Counted from the first letter of the stretch, positions 23,688 to 34,098 are shown. The stretch: 64,000 nt of DNA from Candidatus Babelota bacterium (GCA_013287265.1 JABDEC010000005.1:265-64264), one strand, 5' to 3'. The notes: generated from the letters alone by a model not told the origin. Made by a program: numbers and translations.

Positions 23688-24209
23688 ATGAAACGCATTG
23701 CAATTATTGGTAATGCAGGCTCAGGCAAATCTTATCTTTCAATAAAATTAAGTGAAATTCTAAATTTGCCAGTTTATCATTTAGATCAATATTATTGGAA
23801 ACCAGACTGGCAACGGCCAACAAAAGAAGAATTTGATAAAGTTCACAAAGAATTAGTTAATAAAGATAAATGGATTTTAGAAGGCCCGTATATAAAATTT
23901 ATTGAACCAAGATTTCAAGCTGCTGATACAATAATTTTTATTGATTTACCAACTTGGTTCTGTTTTTTGAGGATTTTTAAAAGAGCGTTTTCAAATTGGG
24001 GCAAAATAACGTCTTTAAGTCCCAAAGGTTGTCCTGAAGGTTTTAACAAAGAATTTCTTACGTGGGTTTGGAATTTTGAGAAAAAATATCACAAATATCT
24101 TTTTGATTTATTTGAAAAGTATAAAGATTCAAAAAAAATTTATATTTTAAGCTCAAGAAAAGAAGTTAATGAATTTATAAAAAAATTAAAGCAAACAAAT
24201 ATTATTTAA
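23688..24209 (+). CDS. P-loop NTPase (adenylate-kinase-like / topology modulation protein family)
   Basis: IAIIGNAGSGKS Walker A; 173 aa. Confidence 0.65.
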   Translation: MKRIAIIGNAGSGKSYLSIKLSEILNLPVYHLDQYYWKPDWQRPTKEEFDKVHKELVNKDKWILEGPYIKFIEPRFQAADTIIFIDLPTWFCFLRIFKRAFSNWGKITSLSPKGCPEGFNKEFLTWVWNFEKKYHKYLFDLFEKYKDSKKIYILSSRKEVNEFIKKLKQTNII

Positions 24210-24225
24210 TTATAGGGAATATTTT

Positions 24226-24426
24226 ATGGATAAGTTCAAAATTGATTTTATTGCAGGGTCACTCATTGGTCTTTTAGTTTTGGTGTTAGGTTACATAATT
24301 CAAAAATATTTAACAAAAAAAATGAAGCCTTTGACGGTGCGTAAGCAAATATTAATTGTTTTTATCGGCATAATAATACCTTCGGCTGTCGGAATTTTAT
24401 TGGCTCTTGCGTACCATTTTAGATAA
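24226..24426 (+). CDS. small membrane protein
   Basis: 66 aa with two hydrophobic segments; agggaa RBS. Confidence 0.45.
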   Translation: MDKFKIDFIAGSLIGLLVLVLGYIIQKYLTKKMKPLTVRKQILIVFIGIIIPSAVGILLALAYHFR

Positions 24427-24494
24427 ATTATTTTTTACTACTGAGATTGATAAACCAATGTCAGCTTTGTATTTTGAAATTATGTCCAAGCTAA

Positions 24495-24947
24495 TTATTG
24501 TCTGCCTCCATTAAGGCTAAGAGATTGATCTGTAGCATATTCATTTTTATAATTAGGTATAGGATATGTTTTACAGCGCTCAGCAGTAATTTCAAATTTA
24601 TAATTCTGAGAATTATTGATTGACATCACTTTGGAGATTGCATTACGAAGGAAGTATTTTGCATCATCGGTCATCATTTTTGTTACTGGATCAATTGAGA
24701 CCTGTGGGAAATGAGCACATTTAGATTGACTAAGTGACATTACATAAAAACTATCAGCATTAGCTGGAATAGTTAGCGTTACAGATCTTTCATTGAGTGG
24801 TGCCGACGTCTGAAATTTACCAAGCCATATTACATATAAATCATTATAGTTCGTTTTATTCGTAAAATTGATTTGTCCCGCTTTTACAAAATTTGCTGAA
24901 ATTAATAAAAATAAAGCTATATTTAAAAAAATCTTAAAATTTTTCAT
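24495..24947 (-). CDS. hypothetical secreted protein
   Basis: Signal peptide MKNFKIFLNIALFLLISANFVKA. Confidence 0.55.
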   Translation of the reverse strand: MKNFKIFLNIALFLLISANFVKAGQINFTNKTNYNDLYVIWLGKFQTSAPLNERSVTLTIPANADSFYVMSLSQSKCAHFPQVSIDPVTKMMTDDAKYFLRNAISKVMSINNSQNYKFEITAERCKTYPIPNYKNEYATDQSLSLNGGRQ

Positions 24948-25129
24948 TTTTTCCCCTTATTTGTTCTTTTACCTATTTTTTTGACCAATTAAACCTATTT
25001 TAACCGTAACATAGTCAAAATATAAAAAGCAAGGTTTTTAATAAGATTTTTATAAGATATATTCAGATAGAATTACAAATTGACCTATTTTTAGCGAAAA
25101 AATGTGATAATCTTCCGAAATTTATGTAA

Positions 25130-25768
25130 TTAATCATTAATTATCGCGTACATCTTTCTATCATAGAATTCACCACGCATACAAGAAGAAGATTTTAATA
25201 ATCCTTCGTATTTCATTCCACATTTTTTTAATACTTTAATGCTAGCGCTATTTCTTGGATCACAAGTAGCTTCAATTCTTTTCAATTTTAAAGTCTTAAA
25301 ACCATAATTTATAATCGCCTTAGTAGCTTCTGTTGCATAACCATTTTTCCAATATTGTCGCGAAATTGCATAGCCAATATCAGCTTTATATTTTGATATT
25401 ACATCCAAGCTAATTATTCCAATAACTTTATTCTTTCCTTTAAGAACTATGGCCCAATAATCAGGAAGACCTTCTTTATAATTTTTTAATACTTTCTTAA
25501 TATATTGCGATAAGCCTGCTTTGTCTTTGCTTAAATCATAAATCGGAGTAAATTTCAGCATTTCTGGATCTGATGTGAATAAAAACATATCATCAATATC
25601 ATCTAAATTCATTTTTCTGATAATAAGTCTTGGGGTTTCTATAGATTTAAAATTTAAATAACTTTTTTTATGCTCTTCGATTCCCTTTTTTATAGAATCT
25701 AAATTATTGCTAATAGCTTTAAAAATAATTAAAAAGCCAAATATAAAAATTAAGAATTTAAATTTCAT
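25130..25768 (-). CDS. GNAT N-acetyltransferase (RimJ/RimL-like) with N-terminal hydrophobic leader
   Basis: TPRLIIRKMNLDD ... YWKNGYATEA ... RNSASIKVLKKCGM. Confidence 0.75.
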   Translation of the reverse strand: MKFKFLIFIFGFLIIFKAISNNLDSIKKGIEEHKKSYLNFKSIETPRLIIRKMNLDDIDDMFLFTSDPEMLKFTPIYDLSKDKAGLSQYIKKVLKNYKEGLPDYWAIVLKGKNKVIGIISLDVISKYKADIGYAISRQYWKNGYATEATKAIINYGFKTLKLKRIEATCDPRNSASIKVLKKCGMKYEGLLKSSSCMRGEFYDRKMYAIIND

Positions 25769-25771
25769 AAA

Positions 25772-26128
25772 TTATAATTCAGTATATTTATTTGTATTGC
25801 CTTTACTTTTATTTATAGGATATTTTATAGAATTCTGGTGAATTTTACTTTTCAAAGCTTCACTTAAATCAATATTATAAATCCAGGACATTTGTAATAT
25901 CCAATAAAGAACATCTGACAATTCTTGTTCAATTTCTTTTTGTTTTTTTAAAAGTACATCTTTAGATTCCTGATTATCTGACCAGACAAATTTTTCTAAA
26001 AGTTCAGCAGATTCTAATGATAAATAGGTTGCAATTGTTTTTGGAAAAAGAAATTTATCCCAATCACGTTCTTTAGTAAAATCTTTAACTAAGTTTTTCA
26101 ACTCTTCAATTGTAATTTGCTTATCCAT
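25772..26128 (-). CDS. MazG-like nucleotide pyrophosphohydrolase
   Basis: RDWDKF ... ESAELLEKFVW ... ELSDVLYWILQM. Confidence 0.75.
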   Translation of the reverse strand: MDKQITIEELKNLVKDFTKERDWDKFLFPKTIATYLSLESAELLEKFVWSDNQESKDVLLKKQKEIEQELSDVLYWILQMSWIYNIDLSEALKSKIHQNSIKYPINKSKGNTNKYTEL

Positions 26129-26228
26129 GTTTTTCTTTAATTTTATTTGCTCAATGATTCATTTAATTTTTATTAGTTTAATAATTTTATTTATTAAAAA
26201 GAAGAATCAGCAGCAAATGCAAATAATA

Positions 26229-27377
26229 TTAATTTTCTGAATTTTTTAAATATTTATCAAAGAATGACACAATATCTTGTTTTGCAAGTTTAATATCTTT
26301 ATTAACTTGCCCAGAAGATGCATCAACATCTACATCAATGAATTTTGATAATATTTGTGTAAGAAATGTTTGGTTCAAAAGTAATGGTATATCCGAAAAT
26401 GCTGCATGTCCCAAATTTTTAAATGTTTTAAAAGACATGTTCATTCCAGGAAGATTACTAAATCTCATAAGTTTTTCAAAATCTTGTTGGCCTTGCTCAT
26501 CTCGCCATTGATGACTTTTTTGGCCAATAAGTTCTAAAAATGGAGTTGGAAAAGTTCTTAAATTATCATTAAGCATTATTTGGCTATCTAATGCCACCCC
26601 TGCTTTAATGCGTTTATCATCTAAACAAACTAGCATGGCTAAAGAACCAGCAAATGAATGGCCACATATTCCTATCTTATTTAAATCAAGTTTATTGCGT
26701 AATGGCCAGGAAACGTCTGAATCAAGTTGAAGCAATTTATCTAAAACAAATTTATCATCTTGTATTGCTATAAGTACCTGTTCATTTTTCCAATTTCTCC
26801 AAACACTTTTGCCTTCTTTCTTTTTTGCATTTATCAAACTCCTAACAACTCTGCCATCTGGAAATCTTGTTATTGCTGCCATATAAGGATGATTAATTCC
26901 AACAACAATATAACCTTGGCTTGCAAGTTCTTCAGTAAGCCAAGTGTAGTGTTGCGCCATTGTATTTGAAGCATTAGAAATAATAATGACAGGATAAGTT
27001 TGCTTACTTTGACTTATATTTTTATTTTTTTGAGCATAAGTTTTTGTATATTTCAAATTATTTAATAACCAGATAGGAATTCCACTATTTTGACTGACAT
27101 ATTCTTGTATATTAGTGATGGCATCTTTATCATACAATGTTTGAGCTTTGTTTATTTTTGAATCAATTGGATACCAAATGTGCAGCATAAGCTCACGATT
27201 TGAATTTTTATTATTATTAGATTCAATTCTGCTTTTATCAATTAAATATTGATCTATTTCTCCAACTCCATATCTTCCAGTTGGTTGAGGGAAATTATTT
27301 AAATTAAAAGTTATTAAAAAATAAACAGAAATAATACCAATTATTGCGATGAGTACATATAATTTCATATTTAACAT
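26229..27377 (-). CDS. alpha/beta hydrolase, PAF-acetylhydrolase-like lipase/esterase
   Basis: GICGHSFAG nucleophile elbow; N-terminal membrane anchor or signal. Confidence 0.6.
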   Translation of the reverse strand: MLNMKLYVLIAIIGIISVYFLITFNLNNFPQPTGRYGVGEIDQYLIDKSRIESNNNKNSNRELMLHIWYPIDSKINKAQTLYDKDAITNIQEYVSQNSGIPIWLLNNLKYTKTYAQKNKNISQSKQTYPVIIISNASNTMAQHYTWLTEELASQGYIVVGINHPYMAAITRFPDGRVVRSLINAKKKEGKSVWRNWKNEQVLIAIQDDKFVLDKLLQLDSDVSWPLRNKLDLNKIGICGHSFAGSLAMLVCLDDKRIKAGVALDSQIMLNDNLRTFPTPFLELIGQKSHQWRDEQGQQDFEKLMRFSNLPGMNMSFKTFKNLGHAAFSDIPLLLNQTFLTQILSKFIDVDVDASSGQVNKDIKLAKQDIVSFFDKYLKNSEN

Positions 27378-27452
27378 ATTGCTAAAATCAAATAAATTAT
27401 TTATAAATAATAATACTAATTTAATTTAACTATAATATATAGGGGTAATTCT

Positions 27453-27635
27453 ATGTTAATTAAAATTTTAATTGCTTTGTTAGTTATAATTGCGCGTCAT
27501 AGCGGAACTGAAAATCCCGATCATTTATTCAATTCACCTGTCGTTACGGTTGGTGGCAATAGCCCAATTGAACAAACACCGATACCGGATGAAAATAAAT
27601 ATGAGCGATATGAAGATTTTTATTATACTGTGTAA
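27453..27635 (+). CDS. small secreted peptide (GTENPD family)
   Basis: 60 aa, signal peptide, GTENPD...VVTVGGN...YERYEDFY; a paralog remnant lies at 28892-29106. Confidence 0.5.
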   Translation: MLIKILIALLVIIARHSGTENPDHLFNSPVVTVGGNSPIEQTPIPDENKYERYEDFYYTV

Positions 27636-27643
27636 TTCAAAAC

Positions 27644-28051
27644 ATGAAAAAATTTCACTTACTTTTAATAGCAATATTTTTTAATCAAATTCAATCTTCA
27701 GAAATAAATAGAAAAATAACTTTAATAAATCATGATTATAAATACACAAAATTAGTATTGTGCGGCTCAACTTGGAAAATAAAAGAATTAGATGACATGA
27801 TTTGCAAAATTGAGAGAGAAGAAAAAGACAAAAAAATCATTTACACAAAATATTCAACCAAAAAGAATTCACAAGATTGGTACAAATCAGAAATGGCTAT
27901 TTCAAATAAATTTGGTGATGGAACTCATTATTACATGCGAGATGGCGACTGGTGCCAAAGTTTTGATTATATTAATAAATATTGGAAATTAGTTTATGAA
28001 TTTGAAGACCTTAAAGAAAAATATAAGCTACTTTTAAAATCAAAACTTTAA
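27644..28051 (+). CDS. hypothetical secreted protein
   Basis: Signal peptide MKKFHLLLIAIFFNQIQS. Confidence 0.55.
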   Translation: MKKFHLLLIAIFFNQIQSSEINRKITLINHDYKYTKLVLCGSTWKIKELDDMICKIEREEKDKKIIYTKYSTKKNSQDWYKSEMAISNKFGDGTHYYMRDGDWCQSFDYINKYWKLVYEFEDLKEKYKLLLKSKL

Positions 28052-28054
28052 ATC

Positions 28055-28852
28055 TTAAATAATTTGCAATTTCGTTTCTCTATCTACAATCAACGGGTGC
28101 GTACTAAATTTATTAAACAATCTTGCCAATGAGCTCTTGTAATAATTATCGGAACACATTCTTTCAATTTTTGCGACACCAGTAATAAGGTCTTTTTTAT
28201 TTGGAATAAATTTAGCAGCAAAAGCATCAGCTTCAAACTCACAACTTCTTGAAACAGACATTAATCTTAAAATACTAATTGTAGATGCAGATAAACTATA
28301 AAGAGCAACCAATCCAATTTTTTTAGCCATACTTACTTCATATTTATTAGCTAAAAGACCAACTGCTAAGCCTGCAAAACAATCAATTAAATTTGTTCCG
28401 ATTAAATTATAAAATTTCTTTTTTGGATGCATAAATTTAATATGACCTAATTCATGCGCTATTATTGCATGTAATTCTTCAAAAGTTAATTTTGTTAATA
28501 ACTCTTCACCAATACTTAAAATCATTGCATTTTCTGATAATCCATTGGCAAAAGCATTTAATCTCATATCTGCGCCAAAACGTTCAGAAGTTTTTTTTGT
28601 AGCTTCATTCCCTTTAAAAATTACAGCAAAAATGTTTGCTTTAATTTCCATCTTTTGCATCAAGTTTATGATAACATTGCACAAAGTTGGGTTATAAGTC
28701 TGATTAACCTGAACTGCTTCAGCTTTTGATAAATCTTGTGAAGTTAATAATGATTGATACTCCGATTGAATTTGTCTGAGTGTTTCAGAATTATCTGAAG
28801 ACACAATATTTGTAAAATAACTGATTGCTAAGAATAGAAATAATTTTTTCAT
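28055..28852 (-). CDS. M48 family zinc metallopeptidase
   Basis: HELGHIKFMH (HExxH) with downstream hydrophobic segments. Confidence 0.75.
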   Translation of the reverse strand: MKKLFLFLAISYFTNIVSSDNSETLRQIQSEYQSLLTSQDLSKAEAVQVNQTYNPTLCNVIINLMQKMEIKANIFAVIFKGNEATKKTSERFGADMRLNAFANGLSENAMILSIGEELLTKLTFEELHAIIAHELGHIKFMHPKKKFYNLIGTNLIDCFAGLAVGLLANKYEVSMAKKIGLVALYSLSASTISILRLMSVSRSCEFEADAFAAKFIPNKKDLITGVAKIERMCSDNYYKSSLARLFNKFSTHPLIVDRETKLQII

Positions 28853-28891
28853 TGAAATTCGCCCCTACAAAATAAACGTTCTTATTAGTTT

Positions 28892-29106
28892 TTATAATTG
28901 ATATTGTTTGAAAAGATTTTCATATCTTTCTTTAAGATCTGATTCTACATTATTTGAATCGCAATTGCGCGTGAAAATCTGGCCGTTGCCAACAGTTGTG
29001 ACACAAACTTGTAAATGGAGTGTAACCCTTGTAAATCCGGATTTTCAGTTCCTTGACGGAGTGTAACCATAGCCAACAAAGTAAGTAAAATTTTTATTAA
29101 GCTCAT
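28892..29106 (-). pseudogene. frameshifted paralog of the GTENPD small peptide
   Basis: ATG 29106 gives MSLIKILLTLLAMVTLRQGTENPD. The homologous tail (VTTVGNG...KERYENLFKQYQL*) is in another frame. Confidence 0.55.
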
Positions 29107-29329
29107 TTTTGAATCCCTATTAAGATAAGATTAATATTAAAATTATATATAAGAATATAAGAAATTCAAATTATAAAGAATTTAGAAGCATGCTACGAGC
29201 TTATAATAATGTAATTCCTATAACAAATAGTGTTCAAATTGTAACTGCAAGCAACAGCAATCCAAGAATAAATAGATTCATTGGCCGTTCAATTCATAAT
29301 GAAGAAATGATTTGTAATTAAAAAAAATT

Positions 29330-29617
29330 TTAACCTGTGCAAATGGGAAAATCGTGAAAATCATAAAAGCTACCTTCATATTCCCATGCAGATTTCCAAG
29401 CCATTATTTCGGTATTTTGAGATTTATTTTTTAGATGTTTACATAAAAGAACTGTAGAAACTACAGTTAAGATAGGGATTGCAATTTTTGCAGTTTTTAA
29501 AAATACTTTATTTAATTTTAATTTTTTTATTTTTGGGAGTAAATCCAGAGATGCAATATTTGAACAATAAATATTGATAAACAAAAAAGCTAATATAAAT
29601 TTCTTGTGAAAAATCAT
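29330..29617 (-). CDS. hypothetical secreted or membrane protein
   Basis: Signal peptide plus an internal hydrophobic segment. Confidence 0.5.
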   Translation of the reverse strand: MIFHKKFILAFLFINIYCSNIASLDLLPKIKKLKLNKVFLKTAKIAIPILTVVSTVLLCKHLKNKSQNTEIMAWKSAWEYEGSFYDFHDFPICTG

Positions 29618-29642
29618 TTAATTTTTAATCTTTAAGATAATT

Positions 29643-30029
29643 TTATAAATTACTTCTTTTCGATTTTTCTTTTGATTTGAATTCGCGCAATGCTTCTTCC
29701 CTTGCTTTCTCTAATACTTCTCTTTCTTCATCAGTTGGAACAGGCCCAAATCCTCGCGGATCACAACCATCATCCCAAGCCAGCCAAAAATCAAAATTAG
29801 CTTCGATTTTATTTTTATCTGTTATTGGTGCTTCTGATGCGACTTGCTCTTTTGTACCAAATTTAGCCTCATATTCCTTTATTGAAAATCTTTGTTGGTC
29901 ATTATTTCGTTTTTTAAATAATTGTTGTATACATTTTAAAAATGATTTTTTTTGTCTTTTTTTGTCAGTCGTCTCTGCACAGAAAATATTTGGACAAATT
30001 AATAAAATAAGTAAACATTTTTTAAACAT
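29643..30029 (-). CDS. small secreted protein (FxFW-x-AWDD family)
   Basis: Signal peptide; FDFWLAWDDGCDP is shared with 32474-32878. Confidence 0.6.
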   Translation of the reverse strand: MFKKCLLILLICPNIFCAETTDKKRQKKSFLKCIQQLFKKRNNDQQRFSIKEYEAKFGTKEQVASEAPITDKNKIEANFDFWLAWDDGCDPRGFGPVPTDEEREVLEKAREEALREFKSKEKSKRSNL

Positions 30030-30153
30030 GATTAAGCCTTAAATATTATTGAAAAATATATTAAAATATTAATTTACTTTTTAAATATTTATCTTGCAAT
30101 ATATTAAAATATTTTGAATTTACAAAAGATGTTACAAAGATTTTTGCCTTTGA

Positions 30154-30447
30154 TTATTCTTCTATCGAACAAGCTTCAATTACTTCTAAAACATCTGCAA
30201 TTCCACAATAGAAGTCATCCTGATCTTCAAACTTTTTGCGGCATTCACCATAGCAATTTGCACTAGGCTCATACTCACAAATTGAAGTACAATACCCAAA
30301 ACGTTCCACTTCACGACTGCTTTGCCTATAACTAATACAACTTTTTACATCATCAGCATACTCTTTTTGACCGGTTGATGTGAATCGACCTGAACTTAAG
30401 CCTGAAGCAAGTAAAAGACCAACTAAAAATTTTAACAGAATTCCCAT
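30154..30447 (-). CDS. small secreted cysteine-rich protein
   Basis: Signal peptide; 8 Cys including CTSIC and CYGEC; G+C above neighbours on one hand-counted line. Confidence 0.55.
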   Translation of the reverse strand: MGILLKFLVGLLLASGLSSGRFTSTGQKEYADDVKSCISYRQSSREVERFGYCTSICEYEPSANCYGECRKKFEDQDDFYCGIADVLEVIEACSIEE

Positions 30448-30504
30448 AGTACCCCTTTGCGGAATTATAAAACTAAAAATAATGACGATATATTTTGAAT
30501 TCGC

Positions 30505-30822
30505 TTAATTACAATTCCCTTTTAAATATTTATCTTGCAGTAAATTAAAATATTTTGAATTTACAAATGATGTTCCTTTTTCATTTTTAAAGTAACAAAA
30601 AATTTTATCTTTTTTAAAACCTGTTAAATATTTAATACAAACTAATTTACCTTTTAACATTTCATCTGATATGTAAGATATGTAAGAAATTGAACTTTCT
30701 TTTTTTTGTAATTCTATATTTTTTATTAAGTCTTCAGGAATATTGATTTTATGTCCTGAATACAGAAAACAAGATAAAAATAAGAAAGTTGTTAATAAAA
30801 ATTTATTTATTTTGTAAAACAT
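30505..30822 (-). CDS. small secreted protein (Cys-Cys/aromatic-LxxxY superfamily)
   Basis: Signal peptide; LVCIKYL...IFCYF...YFNLLQDKY. Confidence 0.6.
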   Translation of the reverse strand: MFYKINKFLLTTFLFLSCFLYSGHKINIPEDLIKNIELQKKESSISYISYISDEMLKGKLVCIKYLTGFKKDKIFCYFKNEKGTSFVNSKYFNLLQDKYLKGNCN

Positions 30823-30832
30823 TTTTTAATCC

Positions 30833-31282
30833 CTATAATTTGGCAGTCGTCTTTATTTGATTTTCACTTTGATACATACGCTGAATTGCTTCAAAATCTT
30901 GTTTTCCATTTTTTGATCTATATATTTTATTATCTTTTTTAATCACACAATGATATTCATTAGTTTCTTTATAATATTGACAACTTATATATCCATCCGT
31001 GATTGAAGACCAATAAATAATGCAGGCATCACTTTCATCTTTTGTAATATTTTTTGCTAACCCTAATGGCAAATAATCAATTTTAGAAAAATATATATCT
31101 TCATCTTTAGTACGCGCTATTTCTTGAATAATGTTTCCTAAAAATTCTGCTTCATCCAAAATAGTTAAAACTTCTTTTTGAACGCCTTCAATCGATTGCT
31201 TCTTTTCTTGTTCAGGCAAATCGGCCGAATTAATAATTTGAAATATAGTTATCGATAAAACTAAAGATTTTATAAATTTCAT
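30833..31282 (-). CDS. small secreted protein (same superfamily, ADLPEQEKK subfamily)
   Basis: ISCQYY...YHCVIKKDNKIYRSKNGKQDFEAIQRMY; close paralog of 32896-33507. Confidence 0.65.
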   Translation of the reverse strand: MKFIKSLVLSITIFQIINSADLPEQEKKQSIEGVQKEVLTILDEAEFLGNIIQEIARTKDEDIYFSKIDYLPLGLAKNITKDESDACIIYWSSITDGYISCQYYKETNEYHCVIKKDNKIYRSKNGKQDFEAIQRMYQSENQIKTTAKL

Positions 31283-31297
31283 TCTTTTCCTATAAAT

Positions 31298-31639
31298 TTA
31301 TTTTGGACTTTGATTATTATAAAGTCTTTCAAGTTTATAAAAATAGAAGCTTTCACAATTTTCTTCGTCGGTCATAGAGCCGCGCTTAAAACTTATGATG
31401 CAACTAATTAAATTTTTTTTAAGATATTTTGTACAATATATTAGATGTTTATTTTCTAATCTTGCATGGTAACAAATAAATTGTTCATTTTCTTGCTTAT
31501 CAATTTTACCAATAATTTCTTTACCTTTTACAGTTCTATCAATCTTTGCAATTTCTTCTTTCTGTTTGTTATCCATTTCAGCAGAAAATGCAAAATTATT
31601 TATTATCAATAATAAAGTTAATAATTTTAAAAATTTCAT
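31298..31639 (-). CDS. small secreted protein (NNFAFSAE subfamily)
   Basis: MKFLKLLTLLLIINNFAFSAE leader; ...FYKLERLYNNQ. Confidence 0.65.
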   Translation of the reverse strand: MKFLKLLTLLLIINNFAFSAEMDNKQKEEIAKIDRTVKGKEIIGKIDKQENEQFICYHARLENKHLIYCTKYLKKNLISCIISFKRGSMTDEENCESFYFYKLERLYNNQSPK

Positions 31640-31648
31640 AATTTAACC

Positions 31649-31999
31649 TCAATTTTTTTTCGAATTTTGTTTATTATAAAGTCTCTCAAGCATATAAAAA
31701 TATGACTTGTTACATTTTTTGCTTCTTATTCTAGAAGAGTGTTTAAAGCTAATTGAACAATCAATTAAATTTGTTTTAAGAAATTTTGTGCAAATTATAC
31801 TGCAATTATTTTCTAAATTTGCATTATAACAAATAAATAGTTCATTTTCTTGTCTGTAAATTTTACCGACAATTTCTTTACCTTTTATAGTTCTATCAAT
31901 TTTTGAAGTTTCTTCTTTCTGCATTTTTTTATCTATTTCAGCAGAAAATGCAAAATTATTTATGATAAATATGAGAATCAATAATTTGATAAATTTCAT
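31649..31999 (-). CDS. small secreted protein (NNFAFSAE subfamily)
   Basis: MKFIKLLILIFIINNFAFSAE leader; ...FYMLERLYNKQ. Confidence 0.65.
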   Translation of the reverse strand: MKFIKLLILIFIINNFAFSAEIDKKMQKEETSKIDRTIKGKEIVGKIYRQENELFICYNANLENNCSIICTKFLKTNLIDCSISFKHSSRIRSKKCNKSYFYMLERLYNKQNSKKN

Positions 32000-32099
32000 A
32001 TAACCCCTATTGTAAAAGCGATATTATTTATGATAATAACACTATAATTTTTATTGTCAAATAGAAATATTTATAAGAATAAGCCTGATCGCTATGATT

Positions 32100-32477
32100 T
32101 TAATCTGAATTTTCTTCATTATTTTGTTGATCATAAAGAAATTCTAATCTCGCAAAATAATCTTGTTCTCGTTCTTCTTCATCTTCTTCTTCACCCAATA
32201 GCGAAAACTTTTTATTTTTAAATATGATACAAGCATAATCAGTTTTATCGTTTGTCACCATTTTTGAGCAACTAATCTGAGCGGGAACATTTTTAAAATC
32301 AACCACTGTAACTTCATATGAAATATTTTGACCTTCTACTGTTTTTTTAATCTTGCTTATTAATTTTTTACCAAATAGATAAATTTCTTTTTCTTTTGAA
32401 GCTTTTTTATCTGTCTCTGCAGAAAATGCAAAATTATTTATTAACAATAAAAAAGTTAATAACTTTAAAAATTTCAT
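32100..32477 (-). CDS. small secreted protein (NNFAFSAE subfamily)
   Basis: MKFLKLLTFLLLINNFAFSAE leader; ...YFARLEFLYDQQ. Confidence 0.65.
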   Translation of the reverse strand: MKFLKLLTFLLLINNFAFSAETDKKASKEKEIYLFGKKLISKIKKTVEGQNISYEVTVVDFKNVPAQISCSKMVTNDKTDYACIIFKNKKFSLLGEEEDEEEREQDYFARLEFLYDQQNNEENSD

Positions 32478-32878
32478 AACTTACCCTTAGTTATAGGTTT
32501 CGCATCTTTTTGTGGGTCTATTTCAGGGTATCGTGCTATAAGATGCCGCATTAAATAATCGGGATCTAGTTCATTTTTGTTATCATCCCAAGCCATCCAG
32601 AAATTAAAACCGACACTTAAATCTAAGGGATCCAAATGATCTTCTTTTAATGATTCCTTCGATTTATTCAAATCTTTTTTCTTTAATTTGGTCTTGTCGT
32701 TTTTTAATTCACGAAGTAACACTTTTGCCAATCTTTTGTTAGCTTTCCCATGTTCGTTCGCGCTATAAGAAACTTCCCGACCCTCTTCAATTTTTTCTTT
32801 ATTTTCACTATCTGGTAAATCTGCAGATTTGATATTTTGTATTATGACTACAAAAGTTATTAATTTTAAAAATTGCAT
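32474..32878 (-). CDS. small secreted protein (FxFW-x-AWDD family)
   Basis: Signal peptide; FNFWMAWDDNKNELDP; ATGA overlap with the downstream gene. Confidence 0.6.
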   Translation of the reverse strand: MQFLKLITFVVIIQNIKSADLPDSENKEKIEEGREVSYSANEHGKANKRLAKVLLRELKNDKTKLKKKDLNKSKESLKEDHLDPLDLSVGFNFWMAWDDNKNELDPDYLMRHLIARYPEIDPQKDAKPITKGKL

Positions 32879-32895
32879 AATTATTCCTATATTTT

Positions 32896-33507
32896 TTACA
32901 GTTTTTGAAATTGGTCAATATTCCATCCCATTGGAATAAAAGGGCCGGTTGCATTAAGTTCTATCGAACTTTCATCCTTAACAAATTGATATAACACAGC
33001 ATATTGAGCTTTTTGTCTTTCATACATACGTTGTATAGTTTCAAAATCTTGTTTGCCATTTTTTGCTCTATATATTTTATTTCCGCTCTTAAGTGTGCAA
33101 CTATAATTATTAATTTTTGTATAAAATGCACAACTTAAATCACCATGCGCTGTTGTCGCCGTATAGATAATTACAGGTATAGAATCATTCACAATTTGAT
33201 GAATATTTTTTACTGACCCTATATGCAAATGATCTACATCAAAAATAATATCATTTTGAAAATCTGAAATAGATTCTTTTATATCATCTATTTCTTCTGG
33301 CCTTGGATCAAGATAAAATTTTGTTCCTGGTTTAATCAATTTTGTAATAGCTTCTTTCAACTTATCATGCTCTTCTTCTTTTGTTAAATCATCCAAATCT
33401 TTTTGGGCCCCTTCAACTAATGTCTTTTTTTCTTGCTCTGGCAAATCAGCTGAATAAATATTTAAAGATAGTAAAAAACTTAAAATTAAAATTATTTGAA
33501 TTAACAT
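32896..33507 (-). CDS. secreted protein (ADLPEQEKK subfamily)
   Basis: ATG 33507 has an aggggat RBS (the track start 33537 is TTG); LSCAFY...YSCTLKSGNKIYRAKNGKQDFETIQRMY. Confidence 0.6.
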   Translation of the reverse strand: MLIQIILILSFLLSLNIYSADLPEQEKKTLVEGAQKDLDDLTKEEEHDKLKEAITKLIKPGTKFYLDPRPEEIDDIKESISDFQNDIIFDVDHLHIGSVKNIHQIVNDSIPVIIYTATTAHGDLSCAFYTKINNYSCTLKSGNKIYRAKNGKQDFETIQRMYERQKAQYAVLYQFVKDESSIELNATGPFIPMGWNIDQFQKL

Positions 33508-33539
33508 ATTGTCTTGATCCCCTATAAAATTTTTCAAAA

Positions 33540-34076
33540 CTAATTCTTACTTAATCTACTGGAGATAAACCGTATTCCTTTAATATCATCTTCAAAATCA
33601 CCTAATAATTCGTGAATTCTGATTGAATCATCGGCAATTTTTAAAAGATGTGGAATATATTTTTTATTAATAGTTATATTGTTGCACATTGCTTCAAAGG
33701 TTCTGACACAACCAGATCGCACTATTTCATCTATCAAATGATTGCCAAATCTATCCTTTATGTCTATTGCCGCATGAGCATTAATTAATAATGCACCTAT
33801 ATCATCTTTTAAATTTTTCACTGCAAGCATTAATGCTGTATTACCATCTTTATCTCTTGCATTAAGATCGCCGTATCCGAGTTCTTCTTTTATTTGCGCT
33901 AAATATTTTTCTACACCACCAATATCATTGGCCAATACTAAACACATTAATTTAGTTCCATCTAAACAATAAGTCTTTGTTTCATAAGAATAATAATCAT
34001 TACGTAAATCATAATTACCGTATGCATAAATTCTTAAAATCAATAAATTTAAAAATAAAATTATTTTAATTTGCAT
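33540..34076 (-). CDS. ankyrin-repeat protein with signal peptide
   Basis: DKDGNTALMLAVKNLKDDIGALLINAHAAIDIKDRFGN fits the ANK consensus. Confidence 0.75.
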   Translation of the reverse strand: MQIKIILFLNLLILRIYAYGNYDLRNDYYSYETKTYCLDGTKLMCLVLANDIGGVEKYLAQIKEELGYGDLNARDKDGNTALMLAVKNLKDDIGALLINAHAAIDIKDRFGNHLIDEIVRSGCVRTFEAMCNNITINKKYIPHLLKIADDSIRIHELLGDFEDDIKGIRFISSRLSKN

Positions 34077-34098
34077 TTTAATCCCCTATAAATTTGAA

